Below, one piece after another: positions 11,731-25,200 of a stretch of 64,000 nucleotides of DNA. The stretch spans positions 26,115,150-26,179,149 of the forward strand of contig JAUZTB010000065.1 in assembly GCA_034780895.1 (NCBI GenBank), in the 5' to 3' direction. Under the pieces are notes generated by a model. It did no database searches. It had not been told where the DNA came from and worked only from the letters and a program-made list of their open reading frames with translations. Both the position numbers and the translations under genes were made by a program. The stretch's first letter is position 1; each line of letters starts with the position of its first letter. Source of the DNA: Rhynchobatus australiae. Its lineage: Eukaryota.

Positions 11731-14700
11731 TATCTAACCTTGTAAAAGTAAAATTCAGATCCCTCATTCATTACTGCAAGGACCTTTCAAAGGGCTAACA
11801 AAACAATACTCAGCATGACTCTTGTGAATAGTCAGTTGCCTGCATGCATATTTTGATATCCTTGTGTAGCATTGTAACAACAAATGTAAATTCTGCACAG
11901 GTTGATATATATTGCCAGCACACAGGTTTATCAATGAGAAAGTAACAATGATTTNNNNNNNNNNNNNNNNNNNNNNNNNNNNNNNNNNNNNNNNNNNNNN
12001 NNNNNNNNNNNNNNNNNNNNNNNNNNNNNNNNNNNNNNNNNNNNNNNNNNNNNNNNNNNNNNNNNNNNNNNNNNNNNNNNNNNNNNNNNNNNNNNNNNNN
12101 NNNNNNNNNNNNNNNNNNNNNNNNNNNNNNNNNNNNNNNNNNNNNNNNNNNNNNNNNNNNNNNNNNNNNNNNNNNNNNNNNNNNNNNNNNNNNNNNNNNN
12201 NNNNNNNNNNNNNNNNNNNNNNNNNNNNNNNNNNNNNNNNNNNNNNNNNNNNNNNNNNNNNNNNNNNNNNNNNNNNNNNNNNNNNNNNNNNNNNNNNNNN
12301 NNNNNNNNNNNNNNNNNNNNNNATAAGCCCAGCTTTCTCAAACCCTCCTCATTGAACACTACAGCCTATTGAGTCTGATGAACCTCATCACATTCCCTTT
12401 ATTGCAAGTGCATCCTTCCTTGATAAAGTGGACCAGGAAGGACACAATATTTAACTTCTCTGCTATTTCCTTATTCCACCCAAAATAATTTCTGCTGCCT
12501 AGTCTCTGAAACAACCTCATTAATTTCTGCTAATGTTTTTTCATATTTACAGAAACTCCTACTGTCATCGATAAACCTGTGTGCTGGCAATAACTGTCTT
12601 TGTGTCTGCATTTTTCTTGCTCTTTCCTTGTGCCTTGGTTAAAAAAATGAAAACAAACATCCAAGGTTTAGTTCTTCAAATGAAAAAGAGAACTCCCCTC
12701 TGGACATTCCTTTTGACCAACTCTAGTAGAACTGAATAGTTTAAGGGACTCTCATATTCAGATTTAGCCAAAAATGATGCTCTAAAATAGAATTATGGTA
12801 AAGTTAATTTTCCCATAGGAAAGATTTTTTTCCCTTAAGTATTCAGTCAAGCCTTTAAATGTGGTTTTGTTGCATGAACAAAAACTTTTTTTTTAAAAGG
12901 TCAATTTTAACAGTTTGTGCCTAATTATTGTTAAAAACATTGCTTTGAAAGTATCAACATCAAACAGAAAAAAAAACTTCCAAAGTATAAATTTTGTAAG
13001 CCTACTAGTGTTTGAAATGAAAAATGCTGAGCAAGTCATCTATGGATAATCATTTAAACGGAGGTTGATGGTCTTCAAATTATTTCCAGCATTTTATTTT
13101 ATTTCAGATTTCCAGAGTCCGCAGTATTTCACGCTTGTAGTCCCTTTCTTTTAGGTCCCTTTTACCTCATAGATTTTCCGAGCCCAGCTTCATACATTCA
13201 CTAATTAAGATAAATTTTGGTCGTGCCATTATTTCTTATATGCAAGAGATACAAATTTTTTTTTGCTGCTGATGGGAATGCTTTGAAAAAAAGTGATAAC
13301 CTTTCTAAAAAAAAAATGCTTGAAGCAGTGAGTTAAGTAGTACATGTGGAAAGAGAAACAGTTATGGTTCAAGAGCATTCAACAGTTCTGGGGAAAAGTT
13401 AGTTTTAGGTAGCAGAGAAAGTAGAAGAGAGATGGGTAGAACAAAAGGGAATATCTCTGATAGGGTAAAACTAGGGAAAGAGAAACCACCAAGGGTGAAC
13501 AAGGCAAAAGGGACAAATAATAACAGAGTGAAATTTCAGAATATATATCTTGAAGCAACCTTGATTACTTCCCTGTGAGAGTCACGTTCATGTGTTTGAC
13601 TTGATTGCAATGTCAGATACCCATTAAGTGATGTCACTGCTAACAAAACACTATTTTCGGAGCTGTGCATAAGCGCTATTGTTGATTACTGTTGGAAGAA
13701 CTAAGTTTTAAATAGCACTGCAATAGGACCTCACCAAGGTAACCCCCATTACTTACCTTCTATCCTTTAGATCAACTCCCAATTGACCCCTCTTCTTCAC
13801 CCATCAATGCTCCTGACCCTGAATCATTTCTACAGTCTGATTGCAGCTGGCCCCTACTCCTCAATTCAATGGACTCTTCTAGTCTTTCCCCTCAGAACCT
13901 AACCGTGGCTCTTGGGTTCAAAAGATCCATTTCCCTCAGCACTTTATAATGCACAAAGGATAAATGCAATGCTGACATCTTGTGCCTCAGGGGTCTTGAA
14001 ATTTGCAGCAGCAAACCAATGACTGATGATGATTGCTGGCACAATGCACAAAGACCATAAAGTGCATCTTTAACAACATGCTACCCATTTCTTAGTGCAC
14101 ATTTTCCATTTGCTCAGTGTGCATTTCAAAACAAGCCAAGGATTCGTGAAGGTTATCTTTAATTTATGGTATGAAATGTAACAAATGGTGAGAGAGAGTC
14201 ATGGAGCCTTGCACACTTGTTCTGTGCTTGAAAATCATGGTCAAATTTCCATATCAATTTAACGTTTCTACCTTGCTCCCCTCCCTTGATTCATCTTCTA
14301 GTCAATATTTTATTGATCTCAATCTTGAATATGCCCAAATCATATGTAGCCTCTTGAATAAATAATGCAACCGATTCATAATCACTTGAAGAAATTTCTC
14401 ATCTTGGTCCTGCACAACCAATTATCTTGAAAATTTAAGCTTAGTTCTTGATCCAAAGCCAAAGTTAACAGCTTCTCAGGATCCAACCTGTTAACCACTC
14501 AAAGAATTTCTAATTTTCCACAAGCTCATCTTGCCTCCCAAACATGAGGACATAATTCAATTAGCAGAAACATTAACATGCACCGAAAGATAAAAAGTTG
14601 GAAACTTTGGTGCTTTTCTCACTCAATTAGAGATTGCATTGCTTAGGGGAAAGAGAGAGAGATTACCAACACATGAAAGAAATTGGAAGTTTAAAAATAC

Positions 14701-16172
14701 ATCTGACCAGTAATAATGAACCAAGCCTAGAATGTCATAGTTTTGTTTTGTAACTACATTGTTAAAATACACACCAGTTTCACTCATATTGGCATTATAT
14801 ACATGGATTCGCTCACAGGAGCCAAGAAATTCTTCATTGTAATGTATCAAATATACCATCATTGACAGTGTAGGATTTTAAGGGCTAAAATGTAATTTAT
14901 GCTATTACTAGTGTTTTGCTGAAATAAGCACATATTTTGTTCAAAGCTTTCCCAAAGGTATGTGGTCACCTATTTTAATCATATTCTGGTATATACAACT
15001 TGTTTTTTCACAATATATTTACCTCCTTTCCAGCAAAGCTGAAAATTTCACATTCCATCCCACTTTGACATTTTATACAAAAACATTTACAATTCTCCTA
15101 TAATTGGTTCTCATGGGACTTGCATCCATAGTATCTTGCTTTATGTTCAGAAGTGAACAGAGTAGCAGACCAACATACATAAAGTTCTGGGATGTTGGGA
15201 ATTGCTAGTATTATTAGTAAACTATAATATTTTTGATTACCAACTGCTTTTTAATTGGCTTATGTTGCAAATTCTTTAAAGTTTTCACTGCAAGTTTATA
15301 AATCTGTTACACTTGCTTTTATCAGTATACTTTCCAACTGTTCTGCTTTCTTAGCTGCACTTTGGAACATTATATTCAAGCTGATGAACTGCAAGTGTAA
15401 AGTGTCAAATATATATGGAGAAACAGGCTATTATCCAAACTGGTACTTGTCAGCCATTCTGCTTCAAATTAACTTCCTCCAAGCCCACCTCCTCTTGCTC
15501 AAGTCTTCTATTCAGGTCTCCATATCCAGCTCACTTACCCTTAAATATATCAATGCTGTATGCCTCAACCATTCTTTTTATTAGTGTTCCACATCTTTAC
15601 TGCTCTTCGAGTAAAGTTTGCCTTAATTCTCAATAGAAAGCATCAGTGGCTTTCTTGCCTTTTTGGCATCTGGCTCATAATTCAAGTGGAAACATTTTGT
15701 CAAAAGCAACACTATTAACCCCTTTCATTACCATAGATATTCACAAATTCAATTCAGCCTTCCCTTTTCCTGAGAACAGAACATAGATCTGAATCATAAA
15801 TCAGTTCTGCTCTGGCAATGTCCTTATGAAATATTTTGAACCCAACCAATTGTCATATTATCCTTAAATATGAAGACTAGAACTGTACATAGTCTTCCAA
15901 ATACATTAACCTTGCATATTAAACATATATATAGGTAATCCACTGACTTAAATGGATTACCCTGCTTCTGTTTACAGCAAGTCAAATTATAGACAAATCT
16001 TACGACAAATGCTAAGTAATACACAAGATACTAAAGACAGTTTTTCCTACAAGGGAACACATCTGCAAACAGTGATACAAAAAAAAGCAAATAAACCTAT
16101 CCACATTTTTAAAGATGAATTGGTAAGCTTTTGATCCATGCCTACCAGCACTGTCCTTCTAAACAAGCTTAC

Positions 16173-16208
16173 CTGGGTATCTTTCTCCTCTTCCTTCTCA
16201 TTTTCACC
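16173..16208 (-). CDS. PPP1R12B: PPP1R12B micro-exon ~18 (36 bp): GENEKEEEKDTQ
   Basis: Acceptor cttttcccttag|, donor CAG|gtaagc; acidic peptide matching the short exon that follows WTQD/WTKD in MYPT1/2. Confidence 0.85.
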
Positions 16209-19200
16209 CTAAGGGAAAAGCATGACACCACTAATTATACTCAAACTATGCTAATATAAAAGGAACACTCTTAAATAAGGTGTTACTTAGGAGCTTAGTG
16301 TGGACAACATCTNNNNNNNNNNNNNNNNNNNNNNNNNNNNNNNNNNNNNNNNNNNNNNNNNNNNNNNNNNNNNNNNNNNNNNNNNNNNNNNNNNNNNNNN
16401 NNNNNNNNNNNNNNNNNNNNNNNNNNNNNNNNNNNNNNNNNNNNNNNNNNNNNNNNNNNNNNNNNNNNNNNNNNNNNNNNNNNNNNNNNNNNNNNNNNNN
16501 NNNNNNNNNNNNNNNNNNNNNNNNNNNNNNNNNNNNNNNNNNNNNNNNNNNNNNNNNNNNNNNNNNNNNNNNNNNNNNNNNNNNNNNNNNNNNNNNNNNN
16601 NNNNNNNNNNNNNNNNNNNNNNNNNNNNNNNNNNNNNNNNNNNNNNNNNNNNNNNNNNNNNNTGTTCCTGAGAACTGTTCATAACCTGAACTGTTTATGA
16701 GTCAGTAATGAGGGGCAATACTTATTTATATAACAACAGAACCAATGGCTGAAATAAAAGCACTTTATACGATAGCTGTAAGACCATGCAGGTCACTTTC
16801 AGCTCTACTGTTTGGAGCAGAGATATTTCTGTGTTAAAATATTAAATTGATAAGGACAAGAAGGGGATCTGGAAATGTAGTGGGTAAAATGTTATCAGAA
16901 CCATGAGTGGAGGGTAAAGACTGGCATCAGCCAGTTGCTTTCATGTTGTGGATTTACTTTCATTTAGGAGTAACTTACAAAATTTCTGCTTAAGGTTCAG
17001 GAGTGTTCCAAACTACATACATTACATAACTGAAACTTCTTTCACTTTAGAATCTTCTAATTTGAGGACTATATTTTCTGTCTTCCCCCAGAAGGTGGGT
17101 GGTAATATTTGTTTTAGTTCAAAGTGTGGAAATTTATTTTTTAATATTAGAATGTTTTTTTCATTGTCCATTCATCTGTCCTTATCAAGTTCCTCAGTTA
17201 ATGGAGAAATGTATTTTTGCAGTGGAATCTTGTACTCACTAATTGGATTCTCCAGATCCACTTTATTTAGGAGCATTACAACTGACAGAATTGATTAGTC
17301 ACGTCTATCTGAAATGGATATGAAACCTATCAAAAGGCAATACAGCAACCAAAAGCGCAACCATACTCGTTCCTTTCAAACTTGTGTACATTCTTTAAAT
17401 AGTTACTTTTGCCATCCTCCGCTTCATCTTCACATTGAAGTTTCTACCTTGCACTTCCAATATGCCAATGCAATGACCATGAATAAAATCTTTGAAACTT
17501 TCAATCTCAAGTTCCTCTTCATGTAAAATTTATAAAATTATCATTTCTCCCAAATGCACCAAAATTAAATTGCAAATGAAATAAAATGGGTTGATTACAT
17601 TATAATCATTGATTATTTCTTTACTCTTTGATGTTTCTGAAATGATTTAATGCAGCTTCTATATTACTATTTGATTATTTTCAATGCAAAGTGTTAAAAG
17701 CACAATGTTAACAATAAATAAACCAATCTCACTTTACTGAAAGTCTCGCTGCAACCAAGCGAAGAGGTTTCTCCGAGGCCAAATTAAATACATCCCTAAT
17801 AGGAAGAAATCAAGAAGAAATACTGACATCTTGAGTCCAGTATGATACTCCAGTAGATCGTCGTTTCTCTCTGGGGCGTCGCCTTTCCCTTATTGATAGC
17901 TGTCTTTCATTAGAATCTTTGTCATCTTCATTTACTTTTTCAGAGCCACCTTTTTAAAATGAATAACAATGAAACAGTATTATGAAAAAATTAATATATT
18001 TTCAGAATTCCTAATACAGTACCTGCCTAACATACTAGTTCAAATTATACCATTTGAGATGATTATGTATGGTAACTAAAGCTACCAATGTTATAACTAT
18101 TCTTACACAGTTAATGCTACAGTGTTAAAGAAAAATGGAGGCATAGCATTCAAAATAAAAACAAAACAGAACATTAAAATAAAGTTTTGGATACTAATAT
18201 TGTTGGAAAGCAGGATTTGAAAGATATTCCAGATCAAAATTTAGTATCTTTGGTGTAAAAACTTAAAGGTTTCAATACACCCTGACAACACTGAGCTTCC
18301 AAAATATACACTTTTATAATGTCTAGTATTCAATGATTGTAGAGGTACTAGTAAGTTTAGTTAATTTTTAAACAAGCTTCTCTTCAAACTTCAGATGCTA
18401 CCAGGAAGGTACAGAGATAAATGCAGAAAAGGCTAGAAACACTTAGCAGGTCAGGCAGCATCTGTGGAAAGAGAAACAGAGTTAAAGTTTCAGGTCCATG
18501 ACCCTTCATCAGAACTGGGGAAAAGAAAATTACGGTCTTAAGGTTCAGAGAAAGTGAGGGTGAGATGGAAAGGACGAAGGGAACCTCTGATAGGGAAGAT
18601 ATCAAATGGATAAATGCGGCAGTTGGAGGCAGAATATGCCTTGTTAACGTAGAATCTGAGGCATTAAAGGGAATCGGGAGTGAGATATAATAACAAGGCA
18701 GGAGTAAGGATGACAAGGAGCTTAAAAGAGTGACAGCAATAGACNNNNNNNNNNNNNNNNNNNNNNNNNNNNNNNNNNNNNNNNNNNNNNNNNNNNNNNN
18801 NNNNNNNNNNNNNNNNNNNNNNNNNNNNNNNNNNNNNNNNNNNNAGACTGGAGGGGATTCTCTTTCAGTGAGATGAAATGGCCCATAATTTATTAATATT
18901 TCTCCATTTACCTAATCTTTGCTTAAAAAAGCTTTCAATCTTCAATTCCATGCCTTTTCTTAACATTTTCTGCACTAAAAAATTCAACTCATTGCCTTTT
19001 CCTTTTTGAAATAATAGACCATTTGGCTTATCCATTTTATAAAGGCACACAAAGCTTTCTACTTCCATGACTTTATATGATTTTGCTCAACTTTCAGACC
19101 CTCTACTTTTTAACCACACTATTTTCATTTATCCACTGTGCAGATATTCTGTATCGAATGCTTGTGCTGAAGCCACCCAGGTCTCTTTTTTTTAAAATTG

Positions 19201-22200
19201 CCTCTGCATTTTGATATGCAACTCTGCTTCCCTGCACTTTACAATAAAAAATGTATCTTATTCTGTCTTTGCAAATTTACAAATTATCTTTTAAATTACT
19301 CATTCATGTAGCATTTTCTTATGCCGTCTGCAGCAGCACTTCCTTTAAATGTTAAGCAGATCATGACAATGTGATTTTTTTTAACATTACAAGTAATCAT
19401 TTTTTAAAGATCTTCAATTTCGGCTGAAATCAGATCAAACATCAAAGTACTTCAACAAGCTATGTAATCCAATACCTGTTTTCATTAAGGGGCAAATTAA
19501 AAATTTACCTTCAAATTTAAACTACAACTTTTTGGGAGAACACTTCTACAAAAAAATAAAATGCTGTGTTTTGCTTGTTTATTACACAATATTAAAATAC
19601 CTTTTCCCCCACTACAGCTCCTCAAGGTAATGTTATGAAGATGCAAATAGATATCCTTGATTGAGAAAAATCTAAATATTACCATTGGTCTCCATTTCTT
19701 TAGATAAAATCCTCGTGTGTGAAAGGTAAGATGGTACTTGATCTATGATTCCATTCAGCTGGTTTTGTTGGATACTTGCATACAGGAAAGTGTCTGATGT
19801 AGAAGGTGATGCAAGAGGTACAGTTGGACTATCTGACTGTGATGTATGTCGTGACTGGCGATATCCAGACTGGTTACAAAGAGAAAAGAAAAATTATGAA
19901 ATGTTAGGAACAAATACATAACAGTTACAAACTGATTCAAAGACAGTCTACCTTGCACCTCCCCTTTCAATGTAAACTGATGTATTTCCATACAATTAAT
20001 AAATTCTTATTTGACCTAAATACATTAGCTTACATTGGGGTAGAATTCCCAGTTTTCTTATAACAGTAATCATTTACATTCCAAACAAAAAAATCTAGGA
20101 GTCATTGCATTTGAGCAATATTTTAAAGCAGCTAAAACTCAAATGATATATTTAAGATGGGTAATTTTGCAGTTTGATTAATACAACTGAAAATGCTTTA
20201 ATGAGCTTANNNNNNNNNNNNNNNNNNNNNNNNNNNNNNNNNNNNNNNNNNNNNNNNNNNNNNNNNNNNNNNNNNNNNNNNNNNNNNNNNNNNNNNNNNN
20301 NNNNNNNNNGAAAATGCTTTAATGAGCTTATCACAACATTCAATAACTTAGTGTCAATCTACCACCCTAGTACTTCAATTTTAAATTATTGAAGTATTAC
20401 ATAAAACTATTTGCTAATTAGGATACAGAAGTAATGCTCGGCATGAAATGTGCCCTTGCAGCCAAAGTTTAATTTTAAGAGGGTACTCAAAGTTCACAAA
20501 TCAGCTTACTTGGTAGAAAAGTCAAATAATGATCAATTCACACGGGTACAGTCAATTTTGTTTTCAAGGCTGGATTCTGACACAACACTCTTAAATAAGT
20601 ACAAAATGTCTCTGAAACTAGTAGAAATTCTACCCTCTGTCAGGTACAAAATTACTTCACCATTTATAGATTACAATGTAATTTATGCTAACAGAACTAA
20701 AATGGTTCAATAGCAGCTCTATCCATTTTGCAATTTAAGTAATTTAACCATTTGCACCAACCCTTATTCTCTCAGAGAAATTAGTTTCAATTCTTGTAAA
20801 ATCCAGCCTCCCTAAATTTACATCTGCACTTGTCAGTTGAGATATTTTAGTCCAAGACAATATCTGCATTTTGGTTCCATCCAAAGTGTGTATCTCTTTA
20901 GATTAGGTTTATGCCTACTGAAATAATTTTGTCTAGTTATAGTAACGTCAATAGCAATGAGTACAACCAAACTAATGTCCTTCATCGGCTAGATATTGGA
21001 ACAAACATCTATCCTACTTCAACTGGTACTGCGGCAAAGTGGAAATAGAATAATAGCACCACACAGTGGATTAGGTTGCTATTGCTTTGATAAACCAGAA
21101 TGATAGACTGGGATTCTGAAGAAAACAATTTTGGCTAAAACATTTATTAAACTAAAGAAATAAGTGAAGCTAGGGTTATATTCCTTACGGCAAAGTAGTT
21201 CAGGAAAAATAAAATCATACAAAATGCAAAGTGTATTAATGGAAGATCATGAATGGAAACAAGGATTATTCATAGTGCCTTGATTAGTACTTTACCTACG
21301 AACATCATTAAAACAAAGTGTGTTTGTTATCATGTTACTCTTTGTAGGAGTTTTCTTTATTTTTCAATATTTTTATTACTTTCAAGTACAAAATGCATGA
21401 AACAGAGGAAAAAATATTACAAAATAGATTATATTGAATCACACTAGAAATCACAATGCTNNNNNNNNNNNNNNNNNNNNNNNNNNNNNNNNNNNNNNNN
21501 NNNNNNNNNNNNNNNNNNNNNNNNNNNNNNNNNNNNNNNNNNNNNNNNNNNNNNNNNNNNAGTATGAGTGGGAGGAATAGTTTCCTTCCATTTAAGCAAT
21601 ACAGCTCTCCTGGCTATAAGAGAAATGAAGGCCAATACGTGCAAGTCGGAAGTCTCCAAAATTATATCTTTCTCTCCAACGATCTCGAATAATGCAGTTA
21701 AAGAATTTGGTTTAAAATTTATTTTAAAAGTAAGCAAATGTAGAGTTTTCTATATACAAATTAGCTGCTACATTCGTTATGTTATGATAGAGAATAAACT
21801 TCAAAAGTATTTTACTGCTGAAAAGCATTTTGCTACATATAAAACGGTGTACGGTTGGCTTTGTTCAGCCAAAGGAGAAACCTTTTTCATATAGCAGAAA
21901 GACTAGACCACCTAGAAAACAGATGCAAGGTAACTGGCAAAAGAATGAAAAGCAAGTTATAATGATATGGAATGCAATGCTTGAAAGGGCAGCAGAAGCA
22001 GTTTCAATACAAATTTTACAAAACACAAATCATTATTGGGAAAGAACAAAGGCATAGCTCCAAGCTAGAGGAGGCACAAGCATAAAGAACCACTTTTACC
22101 TTCTATATATTTCAAGAGAATTGTGAAATGATATTTAAAAAAATGGGGAAAAAATGTAATAGTCCGAGCCCTAGTAGCTGCTCCCAATCAGCAAAATTGG

Positions 22201-25200
22201 ATGTTGATTGAATGTGATAGAATTGCAGAGCTTTAATCTAAATCATTGGTTGTGGAATGGCTGAATGGTTATGGTTCAAGCTGATTAGAATGCACATTAA
22301 GTCAAACCCCCTTGATCCTCATTCTATTGCAATATAGTGTAGACACAAGAAAGACTGCAGACGCTGGAAATCCAGAGCAACACACAAATGTTGAAGGAAC
22401 TGAGCAGGTCAGGCAGCATCTATGGAGGGAAATGGATAGTTGACGTTCTGGGTCGAGACCCTTCATCAGGACTGGAGAGGGGAGAAAGCCAGTATAAAAG
22501 GTGGGTGGGNNNNNNNNNNNNNNNNNNNNNNNNNNNNNNNNNNNNNNNNNNNNNNNNNNNNNNNNNNNNNNNNNNNNNNNNNNNNNNNNNNNNNNNNNNN
22601 NNNNNNNNNNNNNNNNNNNNNNNNNNNNNNNNNNNNNNNNNNNNNNNNNNNNNNNNNNNNNNNNNNNNNNNNNNNNNNNNNNNNNNNNNNNNNNNNNNNN
22701 NNNNNNNNNNNNNNNNNNNNNNNNNNNNNNNNNNNNNNNNNNNNNNNGAGGATAGGCTGTGGGGCCAATGGGATAAGGGAAAATAAGAAAGGGGTGGGGG
22801 GGGAAGAAACAGGTTACTGGATGTTAGAGAAATTGATGTTCATGCTGTCAGGTTGGAGGCTGCCAAGGAGGAATATGAGCTGCTGTTCCTATAATCTGTG
22901 TTAAGTCTCAACTTGGCAGTAGAGGAGATGTCAGTGTGGGAATGGGAAGTGGAATTAAAATAGCTATCCACTGGGAGCTCCTGACTGTTCTGCTGGACAG
23001 TGCGAAAGTGCCTGACGAAGCGATCCCCCAATCTGCATCAGGTCTTACCGATGTAGAGGAGGCCACACCAGGAGCGCCAGATGCAATAAATGACACTGAT
23101 AGATTCACATGTGAAGGACTGCCTCACCTGGGAGGACTGTTTAGGGCCTTGAGTGGTGGTGAGATGGAAAGTGTAGGAACAGGTGTAACAATTAGTGTAG
23201 TTGCAGGGATAAGCCTGGAGGGAGATACAAGTGGACAAGCGAATCACGGAGAGAGCAACTTATACAGAAAACAGAAAGGAGAGGGGAAGATGTGCCTAGT
23301 GGTGGGATCCCAGAGATGGCAGAAATTGTGGAGAAAGGTATGTTGGATGAGGAGGCTCATGAGGTGATAGGTGATAACAAAGGGAACTCTTATCCCTGTT
23401 GTCTTTTGGGGGTGGTGAGGGCAGACATGCAGGAAATAGAAGAGATGCGGGTAAGGGTTGCATTGAAAGCAATGGCGGGAAATCCAGTTTTCTGCAAAAT
23501 AAAGAGGACATCTNNNNNNNNNNNNNNNNNNNNNNNNNNNNNNNNNNNNNNNNNNNNNNNNNNNNNNNNNNNNNNNNNNNNNNNNNNNNNNNNNNNNNNN
23601 NNNNNNNNNNNNNTGAAAGCAATGGCGGGAAATCCAGTTTTCTGCAAAATAAAAAGGACATCTCTGATGTCCTGGAATGGAAAGCCTCATCGTGGGAACA
23701 GATGTAGCGGAACTCAGGGGGGGAGAAGAGAATAGAATCCTTGCAAGTGACAGGGTGGGAAGAAGTGTAGTTGAGGTAACTGTGGGAACCAGTAGGTTTG
23801 TAGATGTCAGCGGATAATCTGTCCCCTGATATTGAGGCAGAGATCAAGAAAAGGGAGAGAGGTGTTGGAGATGGACCAAGTGAATGGGGGCAGGCTGGAA
23901 ATTGATGAAATTGATGAGCTCCGCATGGGTGCAGGAAGTGACACCACTACAGTTGACAAGGTAACGGAGAATGAATTGGGGAGCCAGTGTAGGTTTTGAA
24001 CATGGATTGCTCCACATAACCAATGAAAAAGCCAGCACAACTGGGGCCCATGTGAGTGCCCATTGCTACAGCTTTGGTCTGGAGAAAGTGGGAAGAGCCG
24101 AAAGAGAAGTTAAGGGTGAGTAACAGTTCTGCCAGAGGAGGGTGGTGAAGAACTGGTTGGGTCTGTTTTCCCAGAAAGCAGCAGAAAGCCCTGAGGCCTG
24201 CCTGATGAAGGATAGAAGTGTACAGGGACTGGATGCCCATGGTGAAAGAGAGGTGGTTGGGGCTAGGGAACTGAAAGTTGTTGAAATGGTGGCGAGCATG
24301 TGAGGTGTCATGGATGAAGGTGGAATGGGACTGAACCAAGAGGTGCAAGATAGAGTTGAGATAAAAGTTCAGTAGGGCAGGAACAGGCAGAAATAATAGG
24401 CTTATTGGGGCAGTTTGGTTTGTGAATCTTAGGTAATAGGGAGAAACAGGCATTGTGGTGTTGGGGAACAGTAATGTTAGCAGCTGTAGAGGGGATATCT
24501 CTGGAGGTGGAGGAGGTCAGTGATGGTGCAGGAGACAGTGGCCTGATATACTGCACAATATATTGTAGTATTGCAAATACCTCTCTCTCTTGATTTCTAC
24601 TCCATCTTTGTCTGTAGTCTTCTACATCATGAGATATCAATGGCTTTTCTTTTTCATCTTGCTTTTCTACATCTTGCTTTTCCTTTTCATCCTTCTCTTG
24701 TTGTTCTCGAGCTCGTCTTTCAGCACGAGAACGGCTAAATGTCTTCTCGGCTTCCTGGAGGTCTGTCAACGTTACACCCTAATTTAACAGAACACATCAC
24801 AATATGAGCATCCAAATAGTACAGGTTCAAAGAGTGAATAATTGGGTAGTTTGGTAATACGTTACTGTGCAAGACATTTAGGAATTAAAATTCAACAAGC
24901 CCAGATTGATAGGAGAGAAATTCCCCATGAGCTACCTATAGGACTCATTTTATGAAAGGGGCTGTAGGCATCCAAATGCACTTCAAATGGAGACCAGCTT
25001 ACAATGCAAAAGTTATCTCTACTGGCTTATCTTGTATAGAGGGGTTACTATAGCTAAAATGGCTGATATTACAGCTTCTCTCTTGACTAACGTGACACAC
25101 AAATTCCAGAAATTCTGTGATCTTGCAACCCACAACCTTGTGTTCACCCCATAAGGCTATGAAGGAATCTCTATGATTTTTATTTCCAAAACCTAACTGT

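Noticed and set aside
17730-17800. CpG-containing stretch with an acceptor-like site just after exon ~17
   Set aside because: The implied intron (~33 nt) is too short and read-through hits a stop; no homology support.
23463-23665. ~50-bp direct duplication on both sides of a 100-N gap (similar cases at ~20189-20330 and ~41832-41963)
   Set aside because: Typical unmerged contig overlap from scaffolding, not a biological repeat.
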